Origin: Pseudomonadota bacterium
GTDB taxonomy: Bacteria; Pseudomonadota; Gammaproteobacteria; Burkholderiales; Ga0077523
DNA: 64,000 nt
NCBI GenBank assembly: GCA_963205165.1
Contig: CAUJJX010000030.1
Coordinates: 878-64,877 of the forward strand
Direction: 5' to 3'
The notes under the pieces are model-generated. The model was not told where the DNA came from and ran no database searches. It saw only the letters and a list, made by a program, of their open reading frames with translations. This document shows, in pieces, positions 56,831-64,000 of the stretch; position 1 is the first letter of the stretch, and the number at the start of each line of letters is the position of its first letter. Both the position numbers and the translations under genes were made by a program.

Positions 56831-59800
56831 ACCCCGATCATTCCGCCGCGCTGAATCCGGAACGCAGCGTCGTCGTCGAGGCCTGCGCGGGTTCGGGCAA
56901 GACGTGGCTGCTCGTGTCGCGCATCGTCCGGCTGCTGCTCGCCGACGCCGCGCCGTCGCAGATTCTCGCGATCACGTTCACGCGCAAGGCCGCGCAGGAA
57001 ATGCGTGCGCGCCTCGAACTCTGGCTGCGGCAGCTCGCGCGCGCCGACGACGCCTGGATCGCCGATTTCCTCGCGCAGCGCGCCGTGCCGGCCGACGCGA
57101 TCCCCGCGCTGATCCCGAAGGCCCGCGATCTGTTCGAACGCGTGCTCGGCGCGCGGCCCGGCGTCACGATCAGCACGTTCCACGGATGGTTCCTCGACCT
57201 GCTGCAGCGCGCACCGATCGGCGAGGATTCCGCGGCGCTGTCGTTGAGCGAGCAGACCTCGCAGCTCGCCGAGGACGCCTGGCGCGCCTTCGTCGCCCGC
57301 GTCGCCTCGGACAGCGCCGGCCCGCTCGCCGCGGACTTCCACTGGCTCATCGAACGTCACGACCTGCACGGCACGCGCACGCTGTGCTTTGCATTCCTGC
57401 AGCGCCGCGCGGAGTGGTGGGCCTTCACCGACGGCCGCTCCGACCCCGTCGCGTTCGCGCTCGACGCCATCGCCGCGGAGATGCCCGTCGCGCCGGACGC
57501 CGATGTGATCGGCGCCTTCGTCCGCAGTGTCGTCGTCCGCGAGGAGATCGACGTCTGCATCGACGGCATGGAACGCAACGCGACGGCCACCGACGTGAAG
57601 CTCGCGGCGTCGTTGCGTGCGGCGCGGTCGGCGGAGTCGGACGAGGCGGCTTTCGCGTTCATCGTCGATGCGCTGATGACGAAGCAGGGCGAACCGCGGA
57701 AGCGTGAACTCTCCGGCGCGATGCAGAAGCGCCTCGGACCCGAGGCCGCCGCGACGTTCGTCGAGACGCAGCAGCGGCTCGCGCTGCGACTCGTCGACGC
57801 CCGCGACCACCTCGTCGAACAGGCCATGTACCGCACGCAGGCCGCGGCCCTGCGCTGCGGCGTCGCGCTGCTCGACGAACTGCAGCGCCTGAAGGACACG
57901 CGCGGCCTGCTCGATTTCACCGATGCCGAATGGCGCGTGCGGCAGCTCGTGATGCGCTCGGAGCACGCGGCCTATCTGCTGCACCGGCTCGACTCGCGCT
58001 ATCGCCACATCCTCGTCGACGAATTCCAGGACACGAATCCGCTGCAGTGGCAGACGCTGCGTGCGTGGATGCAGGCGTCGGACGAAGCCGATCGGCGTCC
58101 GACCGTCTTTCTCGTCGGCGATCCGAAACAGTCGATCTACCGCTTCCGTCGCGCGGAGGCCCGGCTCTTCGCGCGCGCCGCCGACTACCTCCGCGATCAC
58201 TACGACGCCACGCCGATCGGCCAGAACGAATCGCGCCGCTGCGCGCCCGCCGTGATCGCGTGCGTCAACGCCGTCTTCGCGGACCAGCCCGACTACCCGG
58301 GCTTCGTGCCGCACACGGCGCACGAGTCGACGCTGCCGGGGCGCGTCGAACTGCTGCCGCTCGCGCGGGCGTCGGCGCTGGTGTCGACGCCGACCGCGGC
58401 ATCGACCGCCGATGCAGACGACGCCGTGTCGAACGACGCGAACGCACTCCGCGATCCGCTGACCACGCCGGTCACGGACGACGATCTCCGCGTCCGTGCG
58501 ATCGAGGCGCAGGCCGTCGCGGCGCGCATCCGCGAGATCGTCGGCACGTGGCGCCTGCGCGATGGCGCCGGCACGCGACCCGCGCGCTTCGCCGACGTGA
58601 TGCTGCTCGCCCGCAGCCGCACGCACCTCGAGACCTTCGAGATGGCGCTGCGCCACGCAGGCGTGCCGTACGTCACGGCGCGCGGCGGCGGGTTGCTCGA
58701 CCGGCTCGAGATCGGCGATTTCCTCGCGCTGCTGCGCTTCTTCGTGACGCCCTTCGCGGACCTCGATCTCGCCCGCGCGCTGCGCTCGCCGCTCTTCTCG
58801 TGCACCGACGACGACCTGATCCGGCTCGCGACCGGGGACGGCACATGGTGGATGCGGCTCGACGCGCTCGTCGACCCCGGGCCGCGCCTCGACCGCGCGC
58901 GACGCCTGCTCGCGCGCTGGCTCCCGCTCGCCGATCGTCTGCCGGTGCACGACCTGCTCGATCGCGTGCTGTTCGAGGCCGATGCCGCCGCGAGCTATCG
59001 CGCCGCCGTGCCCGTCCCGCAGCGGGAGGCCGTCGCCGCGAACCTCCTCGCCTTCCTCGAACTCGCGCTCACGCTTGAGGCCGGCCGCTATCCGAGCCTG
59101 CCGCGCTTCCTCGACGCGCTGCAGGAACTCCGCAGCGGCAGCCTCGAGGAAGCGCCCGACGAAGGCGTCACCGATGCGGCGGGCGACGCTGTCCGGTTGC
59201 TCACGGTCCACGGATCGAAGGGGCTCGAGTCAATGATCGTCTTCGTGATCGACGCCCACCGCGGCGAGCGCGAGGAGTCCTGGGAACCGCTGATCGGCTG
59301 GCCGCCCGAGGACGAACGTCCGGGCCATTTCTCGCTGCGCACCGTGAAGGCCGCCGACGGTGTTTCGCGCCGCACGCTGATCGACGACGAGAAGGTCCGC
59401 GCCGCCCGCGAGGAACTCAACGTGCTGTACGTCGCCATGACGCGCGCGAAGCAGGTGCTGATCGTCAGCGGGTCCGAGGGGTCGAAATCGATCTCCGCGA
59501 TCACGTGGTACCGGCGGATCGAGACGGCGCTCGACGCCGCGGTGGATGCCGGGGCCGCGACCGGCGACGATCTCGCGGCGATCCCGCATGCCGGTGACGC
59601 CACGCCTGCGCGCGCAACGGCGCCGGGCGAACCCCCGCAGGTGCCCGACGCCTGGCGCCGACCGAACCCCGTGGGGTCCCGCGGGAACGCCGACGCGACA
59701 CCCGACACCGATCGTGGCGAACGCATCCACTGGCTGCTCGAACAGCTCGCGCCACCGGCCGCGGTCGCCGACGAGGACTGGCTGCGTGCGCGGCTCGGCA

Positions 59801-60195
59801 TCACGGAGGACAGCTTCCGTCCGCTGATCGAGGTCGCGCGCGAGATCCTCGGGCGGCCGGCGCTGCGGCGATTCTTCGATCCGGCGGCGTACGTGCGGGC
59901 GCGCAACGAACTCGCATTCGTCGACCGGACCGGCGAGCTGCGCCGCATGGACCGCGTCGTCGAATTCGCCGACGAGGCGTGGGTGCTCGACTACAAGACC
60001 GGGACGCCGCCGGACCCCGTGCAACTCGACGAGGCCGCAATCTTCCACGGACCGCAGTTGAACGAATACGCGGCCGCACTGCGCGAGTTGCTGCCCGGTG
60101 TCCGCGTGCGGGCGCTCGTGATCTTCGCGGCGGGGCTGCATGCCGAGATTTCCGTCGCGGATGCCGCTTCCGGCGCCACGACGGGCGTCCTATGA
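56827..60195 (+). CDS. addA: AddA-type UvrD/Rep-family helicase-nuclease
   Basis: Walker A is EACAGSGKTWLL, followed by ILAITFTRKAAQEM. Walker B/DEXQ is VDEFQDTNPLQW, with GDPKQSIYRFRRA. The C-terminal RecB-like nuclease is RMDRVVEF...WVLDYKTG. The ATG overlaps the addB stop. Confidence 0.88.
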   Translation: MNPDHSAALNPERSVVVEACAGSGKTWLLVSRIVRLLLADAAPSQILAITFTRKAAQEMRARLELWLRQLARADDAWIADFLAQRAVPADAIPALIPKARDLFERVLGARPGVTISTFHGWFLDLLQRAPIGEDSAALSLSEQTSQLAEDAWRAFVARVASDSAGPLAADFHWLIERHDLHGTRTLCFAFLQRRAEWWAFTDGRSDPVAFALDAIAAEMPVAPDADVIGAFVRSVVVREEIDVCIDGMERNATATDVKLAASLRAARSAESDEAAFAFIVDALMTKQGEPRKRELSGAMQKRLGPEAAATFVETQQRLALRLVDARDHLVEQAMYRTQAAALRCGVALLDELQRLKDTRGLLDFTDAEWRVRQLVMRSEHAAYLLHRLDSRYRHILVDEFQDTNPLQWQTLRAWMQASDEADRRPTVFLVGDPKQSIYRFRRAEARLFARAADYLRDHYDATPIGQNESRRCAPAVIACVNAVFADQPDYPGFVPHTAHESTLPGRVELLPLARASALVSTPTAASTADADDAVSNDANALRDPLTTPVTDDDLRVRAIEAQAVAARIREIVGTWRLRDGAGTRPARFADVMLLARSRTHLETFEMALRHAGVPYVTARGGGLLDRLEIGDFLALLRFFVTPFADLDLARALRSPLFSCTDDDLIRLATGDGTWWMRLDALVDPGPRLDRARRLLARWLPLADRLPVHDLLDRVLFEADAAASYRAAVPVPQREAVAANLLAFLELALTLEAGRYPSLPRFLDALQELRSGSLEEAPDEGVTDAAGDAVRLLTVHGSKGLESMIVFVIDAHRGEREESWEPLIGWPPEDERPGHFSLRTVKAADGVSRRTLIDDEKVRAAREELNVLYVAMTRAKQVLIVSGSEGSKSISAITWYRRIETALDAAVDAGAATGDDLAAIPHAGDATPARATAPGEPPQVPDAWRRPNPVGSRGNADATPDTDRGERIHWLLEQLAPPAAVADEDWLRARLGITEDSFRPLIEVAREILGRPALRRFFDPAAYVRARNELAFVDRTGELRRMDRVVEFADEAWVLDYKTGTPPDPVQLDEAAIFHGPQLNEYAAALRELLPGVRVRALVIFAAGLHAEISVADAASGATTGVL

Positions 60196-61007
60196 TCGAC
60201 CCGGATTTCGAGTCCGTCACGATGACCAGTCCCGCACACGATTCCGCACACCCCCGCGTCCGCCATGTAGAGGCCATGCGTCCGCTCGTCTGGCTCGCGC
60301 TCGGCTGGCGCGACTTCCTCTATTCGCTCGCGCCGAGCGCGCTGCACGGTCTGCTCGTCACAATCGGCGGCTTCGCGATCCTGGCGGTGACGCTCCACTT
60401 CTGGCTGCTGCTGCCCGGCGCGTTCTCGGGGTTCGTGATCGTCGGGCCGATCCTCGCGACCGGCCTCTACGAGATGAGTCGCATCCGGGCGCTCGGCCGC
60501 GAACCGACGCTCGGCGACGCACTCGCCGCGTGGCAGCGCGGGACGCGTCCGCTCGTGTGTCTGGGCCTGCTGCTGCTCGCCGCGGCGACAGCGTGGGTCG
60601 TGGCGTCGGCGCTGCTGTTCAAGCTCTTCGTCACGCGGCCCATCACGGGCCCGCTCGACTTCCTGCGCTACGCCGTGCTCGATCAGGGCATCGTGCCCTT
60701 CATGCTCTGGATCGTGCTCGGCGGCCTGGGCTCGGCCCTCGTCTTCGCACTGACGGCCGTGTCGCCGCCGCTGCTGCTCGAACGCCGGATCGGACTGAAG
60801 GCGGCCCTGCTCGCGAGTGCCCGCGCCGTCGGCGACAACCCGGTGGCGCTCGGCGTGTGGGCCGTGATCATCATCGTGTCGACGGCCGTGTCGCTCGCGT
60901 CGGGCTTCGTCGGCTTCATCGTCGCGATCCCGGTGCTCGGCCACGGCACGTGGCACGCGTACCGCGATCTGCTCGACGTCGATCACCTGCCGTTGCGCAT
61001 GGCTTAG
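60192..61007 (+). CDS. DUF2189-family integral membrane protein
   Basis: WLALGWRDFLYSLAPSALHGLLVTIGGFAIL plus 5-6 TM helices match my memory of the DUF2189 family, which is often found near cytochrome oxidase genes. The ATG at 60192 overlaps the addA stop (ATGA). ATG at 60222 is the alternative. Confidence 0.65.
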   Translation: MIDPDFESVTMTSPAHDSAHPRVRHVEAMRPLVWLALGWRDFLYSLAPSALHGLLVTIGGFAILAVTLHFWLLLPGAFSGFVIVGPILATGLYEMSRIRALGREPTLGDALAAWQRGTRPLVCLGLLLLAAATAWVVASALLFKLFVTRPITGPLDFLRYAVLDQGIVPFMLWIVLGGLGSALVFALTAVSPPLLLERRIGLKAALLASARAVGDNPVALGVWAVIIIVSTAVSLASGFVGFIVAIPVLGHGTWHAYRDLLDVDHLPLRMA

Positions 61008-61010
61008 GGC

Positions 61011-61220
61011 ATGTTCGGATTCACGGAAGAGCAGGTCTCGGAATTCGGGATGAGCTTCGGGCTCACCGGCTTCATCCTGTTCATGCTGTTCATCATCTGG
61101 AACCTCGCGAAGGAGTCCAAGGCGGGGCGCCTCGGCACCTTCGTGCTGTTCTTCGTGCTCGCGTTCGGGATGGTCGGGTTCATCGCGAAGCAGGTGCTGA
61201 CGTGGCTGCTGAAGATGTGA
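61011..61220 (+). CDS. DUF2788-family small membrane protein
   Basis: The 69-aa product has two TM helices. MFGFTEEQVSEFGMSFGLTGFILFM...GFIAKQVL resembles DUF2788. It starts 3 nt after the upstream stop. Confidence 0.6.
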   Translation: MFGFTEEQVSEFGMSFGLTGFILFMLFIIWNLAKESKAGRLGTFVLFFVLAFGMVGFIAKQVLTWLLKM

Positions 61221-61355
61221 GGTGGTCCGGCAACACCTGCTTCGTGCTGGTCGGATCAGCGCGCAGCGCGTAATCCGACACGGACGGTTCCGCGAGTGAC
61301 GACAATCGATTGCGCGACTGTGTCGCGAGTCCGATCTGCGGAACTGCTCACCCCC

Positions 61356-61440
61356 CGTCATTCCAGCGCAAGCTGGAATCCAGTCAGTCGTCGGCTGGTG
61401 CGATATCCGCTGCTGGACCCCAGCGTTCGCTGGGGTGACG
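61356..61440. repeat. REP/MITE-like double-hairpin element of the widespread 'VIPAQAGIQ ... LDPSVRWGD' type
   Basis: Hairpin A is ATTCCAGC-GCAA-GCTGGAAT (61360-61379). Hairpin B is CCCCAGCG-TT-CGCTGGGG (61418-61435). The element is intergenic. It translates into the tell-tale pseudo-peptide seen where such repeats are mis-annotated as ORFs (track ORF 61296..61655). Confidence 0.55.
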
Positions 61441-61569
61441 GATCGAGCAAGGCCGAGTACCGACGATCCAGCGGGAGGCGTTGCTCCCCGACGCCATGCG
61501 AACAGCGCCCGCCTCGACCCGGATCGCGGTATCCACGCGAACTCGACGGCAGCCGTTCTCCCTGCGCCG

Positions 61570-62106
61570 TCAGTCCCCGCCGATGCGGTAGTACTCCCGT
61601 TCGTCGCGGTCGTCGTCGACGTCCATCACCTCGCCGGTTGCCGCATCGACCATGACCTCCGACCGGGTGCCGTCGTTGGCCTGCAGCGTGAACTCGTACC
61701 ACGCGCGTCCGTCCGGGCCCACCTCGTATTCGACGTCCGTCAGCAGGCCGGGGAACCGGGCGCGTGCGACTGCGAGTGCGTCGACGAGGGTGAGCTTCGC
61801 GACATCGCGGAAGGCAGCGTCCTCGGGTTTGACGTCGCGCTCGATCCAGGTGATCTCGCCCGTGTCGGCGCTGCATTCGACGTCCCACTCGACGCCGTCG
61901 GCGATCGTCACGATCTCGAATTCGTACTGGAAGCGGCCGCCCTTCGATTCCAGCTCGACGGCCTTCAGCTTCGACGGCATGCGGTTCTGGACGGCCTGGA
62001 GGCAGTGCTCCATCGAGTAACTGGTCTTCGGGAGTTCGAAACCTTCGGCGCCGGCATCGATGGCGCAGGCGAGGAACAGGGTCGGGGCGAGCGTGCGGAA
62101 TTTCAC
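61570..62106 (-). CDS. PepSY-domain secreted/periplasmic protein
   Basis: GTG at 62106 is 7 nt after GGAGA. The signal-like N-terminus is VKFRTLAPTLFLACAIDAGA. Two PepSY-like repeats are present (LKAVELESKGGRFQYEFEI... and VEYEVGPDGRAWYEFTLQANDGTRSEVMVDAATGEV). Confidence 0.65.
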   Translation of the reverse strand: MKFRTLAPTLFLACAIDAGAEGFELPKTSYSMEHCLQAVQNRMPSKLKAVELESKGGRFQYEFEIVTIADGVEWDVECSADTGEITWIERDVKPEDAAFRDVAKLTLVDALAVARARFPGLLTDVEYEVGPDGRAWYEFTLQANDGTRSEVMVDAATGEVMDVDDDRDEREYYRIGGD

Positions 62107-62261
62107 GGGGCGATCTCCTTTGGCGTGAGGGAATGTCGGCGTCCGTCTCCGACGGTCATCGGTCGAGGCGGTGCGAGCCGGTGGCCGGATGCGTCGGCCG
62201 ACGACGCGCCGGCAACGGCCACTCACCCTTGCAGACACCGGATCACGCCGCGCGGTTCCGC

Positions 62262-62293
62262 GAAAACGAAAGGCCCTCGCGGGAGGGCCTTTC
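62262..62293 (-). terminator. Intrinsic terminator after the Gly-tailed protein gene
   Basis: The minus strand reads GAAAGGCCCTC-CCGC-GAGGGCCTTTC (62293-62268), an 11-bp stem, followed by GTTTTCG. A second GC hairpin, GGGGCCG-GCA-CGGCCCC, lies at 62305-62321. Confidence 0.65.
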
Positions 62294-62349
62294 GCATGAC
62301 AGACGGGGCCGGCACGGCCCCGGTTCGGAGCACTGGCCTGACGCCGGTC

Positions 62350-62781
62350 TCAGGGCATCTGGATCTTGCCGCGGCCGGGTCCGCCGAAGCCACCACCACC
62401 GAAGCCGCCACCGCCGCCGAGGGCGCCACCGCCACCACCGGCACCCGGAACGACGATCGACGACGCGGCCTGGCGCCGCATTTCCTGGAGCTCGTTCATC
62501 GCGCGTTCCATCGCCTCCTTGGCGGCCGCACCGTAGCCGGCGACCGCGGCGGCGAGCGACTCGTCCGGCAGGACGAACGACAGCGGCAGGGCGCCGACCG
62601 ACGTCATGATCTGCGCTTCGCCGACGTACTCGGCGCGGCGCGACGGGTCGGGCGTGCCTTCAGGCGTGATCGGCTGGAGCACGCGGATCGTGCCGACGCG
62701 GCGGTCGGTGATGAGTTCCTCGCGGTACAGCTCGGAGGCGTCCATTTCCGCGTCGGCGCGGTCGTCGTTCGGTTGGGCCAT
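62350..62781 (-). CDS. Conserved-looking hypothetical protein with a poly-Gly/Phe C-terminal tail
   Basis: The 143-aa product has an acidic N-terminus and a globular-looking core (ELYREELITDRRVGTIRVLQPI...GALPLSFVLPDESL...). The tail is GAGGGGGALGGGGGFGGGGFGGPGRGKIQMP. It has strong third-position GC bias and its own terminator. No family name is recalled. Confidence 0.6.
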   Translation of the reverse strand: MAQPNDDRADAEMDASELYREELITDRRVGTIRVLQPITPEGTPDPSRRAEYVGEAQIMTSVGALPLSFVLPDESLAAAVAGYGAAAKEAMERAMNELQEMRRQAASSIVVPGAGGGGGALGGGGGFGGGGFGGPGRGKIQMP

Positions 62782-62946
62782 GTCGGGTCCGGGGGTCGGG
62801 AATTCGGGAGGCCGGAAGGGTAGCAGCGAACGATGGCGAATTCACGCGCAGCGCCGGGTCGCAGGGCAACGGAACCCGGGGAACGGAACGCGCGCGCCTT
62901 GACGTGGTCGGTGTCCGGGAACCTCCCAGCCGGTAACATCGCGCCC

Positions 62947-64000
62947 ATGAATACGACCTCTTCCTTCGCGTCCGGATTCGCGTCCGGGCACTCCGATGCC
63001 GCGCGCCGCCAGGTCGCGTTCTGGCTCCTTGTCTGCGCCGCACTCGTGTTCGTGATGGTCGTCGTCGGCGGCGTCACGCGCCTCACGCGGTCCGGCCTGT
63101 CGATCGTCGAATGGCAGCCCATCGCGGGCACGCTGCCGCCGCTCGGCGAGACGGCCTGGCAGGACATGTTCACGAAGTACCAGGCGACGCCCGAGTACGT
63201 GAAGGTCAACCGCGGCATGTCGCTCGACGAGTTCAAGGGCATCTTCTGGTGGGAGTACATCCACCGCCTCATCGGCCGCACGATCGGACTCGTGTTCTTC
63301 CTGCCGTTCGTGTGGTTCCTCGCGAAGCGGCAGATCCCGTGGTCGGCCGCCCCGAAGTACGTCGGCATCCTCCTGCTCGGCGGCGCGCAGGGCGCGATCG
63401 GCTGGTGGATGGTGAAGAGCGGCCTCGTCGACCTCCCGCGCGTGAGCCACGTGCGTCTCGCGATCCACCTCGGCATGGCGTTCTTCATCTTCGCGGTCCT
63501 GCTCTGGACGGCCCTCGGTCTCCTCGCGCGCGAGCGCCAGCCGCTGCTGTCCGACGAACGCCAGCGCCTCGCCCGCTACGCCACGGCCCTCGCGGTGCTC
63601 GTCTTCGTGATGGTGCTGTCCGGCGCGCTCGTCGCCGGCACCCGCGCGGGCTACGCGTACAACACGTTCCCGCTGATGGACGGCCGCTTCGTCCCCGCCG
63701 GGCTCGGTGAACTGGAACCCTGGTGGGACAACCTCTTTCACAATCTCACGACCGTGCAGTTCAACCACCGGATGATTGCGTGGGCGCTGGCCTTCATCGT
63801 GCCGGCGTTCTGGTGGGCATGCCGTCGCGCCGACCTGCCGGTGATGCCTCGGCGCGCCGTGAACCTCCTGCTGGCGATGCTCGTCGTGCAGATCACGCTG
63901 GGCATCACGACGCTGCTGTTCCACGTGCCGGTCGCGCTCGGTGCAGCCCACCAGGGCGGCGCGCTCGTGCTGTTCGGCCTGACCCTCTGGACGGCGCACG
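62947..64000 (+). CDS. ctaA: Heme A synthase (COX15/CtaA), 3'-truncated by the window end
   Basis: My translation from ATG at 62947 reads MNTTSSFASGFASGHSDAARRQVAFWLLVCAALVFVMVVVGGVTRLTRSGLSIVEWQPIAGTLPPLGETAWQDMFTKYQATPEYVKVNRGMSLDEFKGIFWWEYIHRL..., which carries the canonical COX15 motifs. It is open to position 64000, so it is not in the ORF track. Confidence 0.85.
   Translation, partial: MNTTSSFASGFASGHSDAARRQVAFWLLVCAALVFVMVVVGGVTRLTRSGLSIVEWQPIAGTLPPLGETAWQDMFTKYQATPEYVKVNRGMSLDEFKGIFWWEYIHRLIGRTIGLVFFLPFVWFLAKRQIPWSAAPKYVGILLLGGAQGAIGWWMVKSGLVDLPRVSHVRLAIHLGMAFFIFAVLLWTALGLLARERQPLLSDERQRLARYATALAVLVFVMVLSGALVAGTRAGYAYNTFPLMDGRFVPAGLGELEPWWDNLFHNLTTVQFNHRMIAWALAFIVPAFWWACRRADLPVMPRRAVNLLLAMLVVQITLGITTLLFHVPVALGAAHQGGALVLFGLTLWTAH

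Overview
This is a high-GC proteobacterial chromosomal segment. The PhaA/BktB, phasin, Bug-family and trxA-rho-rpmE2 content looks Burkholderiales-like. It is densely packed with about 55 protein genes. I found no rRNA, tRNA, CRISPR array, IS element or prophage. Most long ORFs in the six-frame track are antisense or out-of-frame artefacts of the GC content. True starts were re-derived from motifs, RBS spacing and stop/start overlaps.

Left third (about 1.8-18.2 kb): a nitrogen-scavenging super-cluster.
- Divergent amiC-amiR faces a leader carrying a strong intrinsic terminator preceded by ANTAR-like hairpins.
- Fourteen co-directional genes follow: urtABCDE-type urea/amide ABC importer, amiE aliphatic amidase, an atypically ordered urease set (ureE-ureF-fused ureAB-ureC-ureG-ureD), and a NorQ/CbbQ-type MoxR AAA+ ATPase with a NorD/CbbO-type VWA partner.

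Middle:
- a two-gene acyl-CoA dehydrogenase pair
- a TetR regulator with palindromic operators facing two small secreted GR[DS]-repeat proteins
- a membrane PAS-GGDEF-EAL protein
- a Bug/RraA-like/PhyH trio
- a CobD/AmpE-like protein, rsgA and aroG
- a 1142-aa DUF1631-like protein carrying a Gly/Pro low-complexity insert of about 300 aa
- M48 protease with PCD, orn, an Hpt protein, pgi, phasin, a second PAS-GGDEF-EAL, and bktB-phaA

Right third: hslO-hslR, an acyl-CoA synthetase overlapping a GT39/ArnT-like transferase, rpmE2, rho, trxA, fdxA, addB-addA translationally coupled to DUF2189/DUF2788 membrane proteins, a REP-type element, a PepSY protein, a Gly-tailed hypothetical, and the 5' part of ctaA/COX15.

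The most interesting candidates:
- the ANTAR attenuator placed ahead of the transporter
- the MoxR-VWA pair attached to the urease operon
- the TetR-controlled small secreted repeat proteins
- the low-complexity expansion in the DUF1631-like protein

All functional calls rest on my own recognition of motifs and families. No database search was run.
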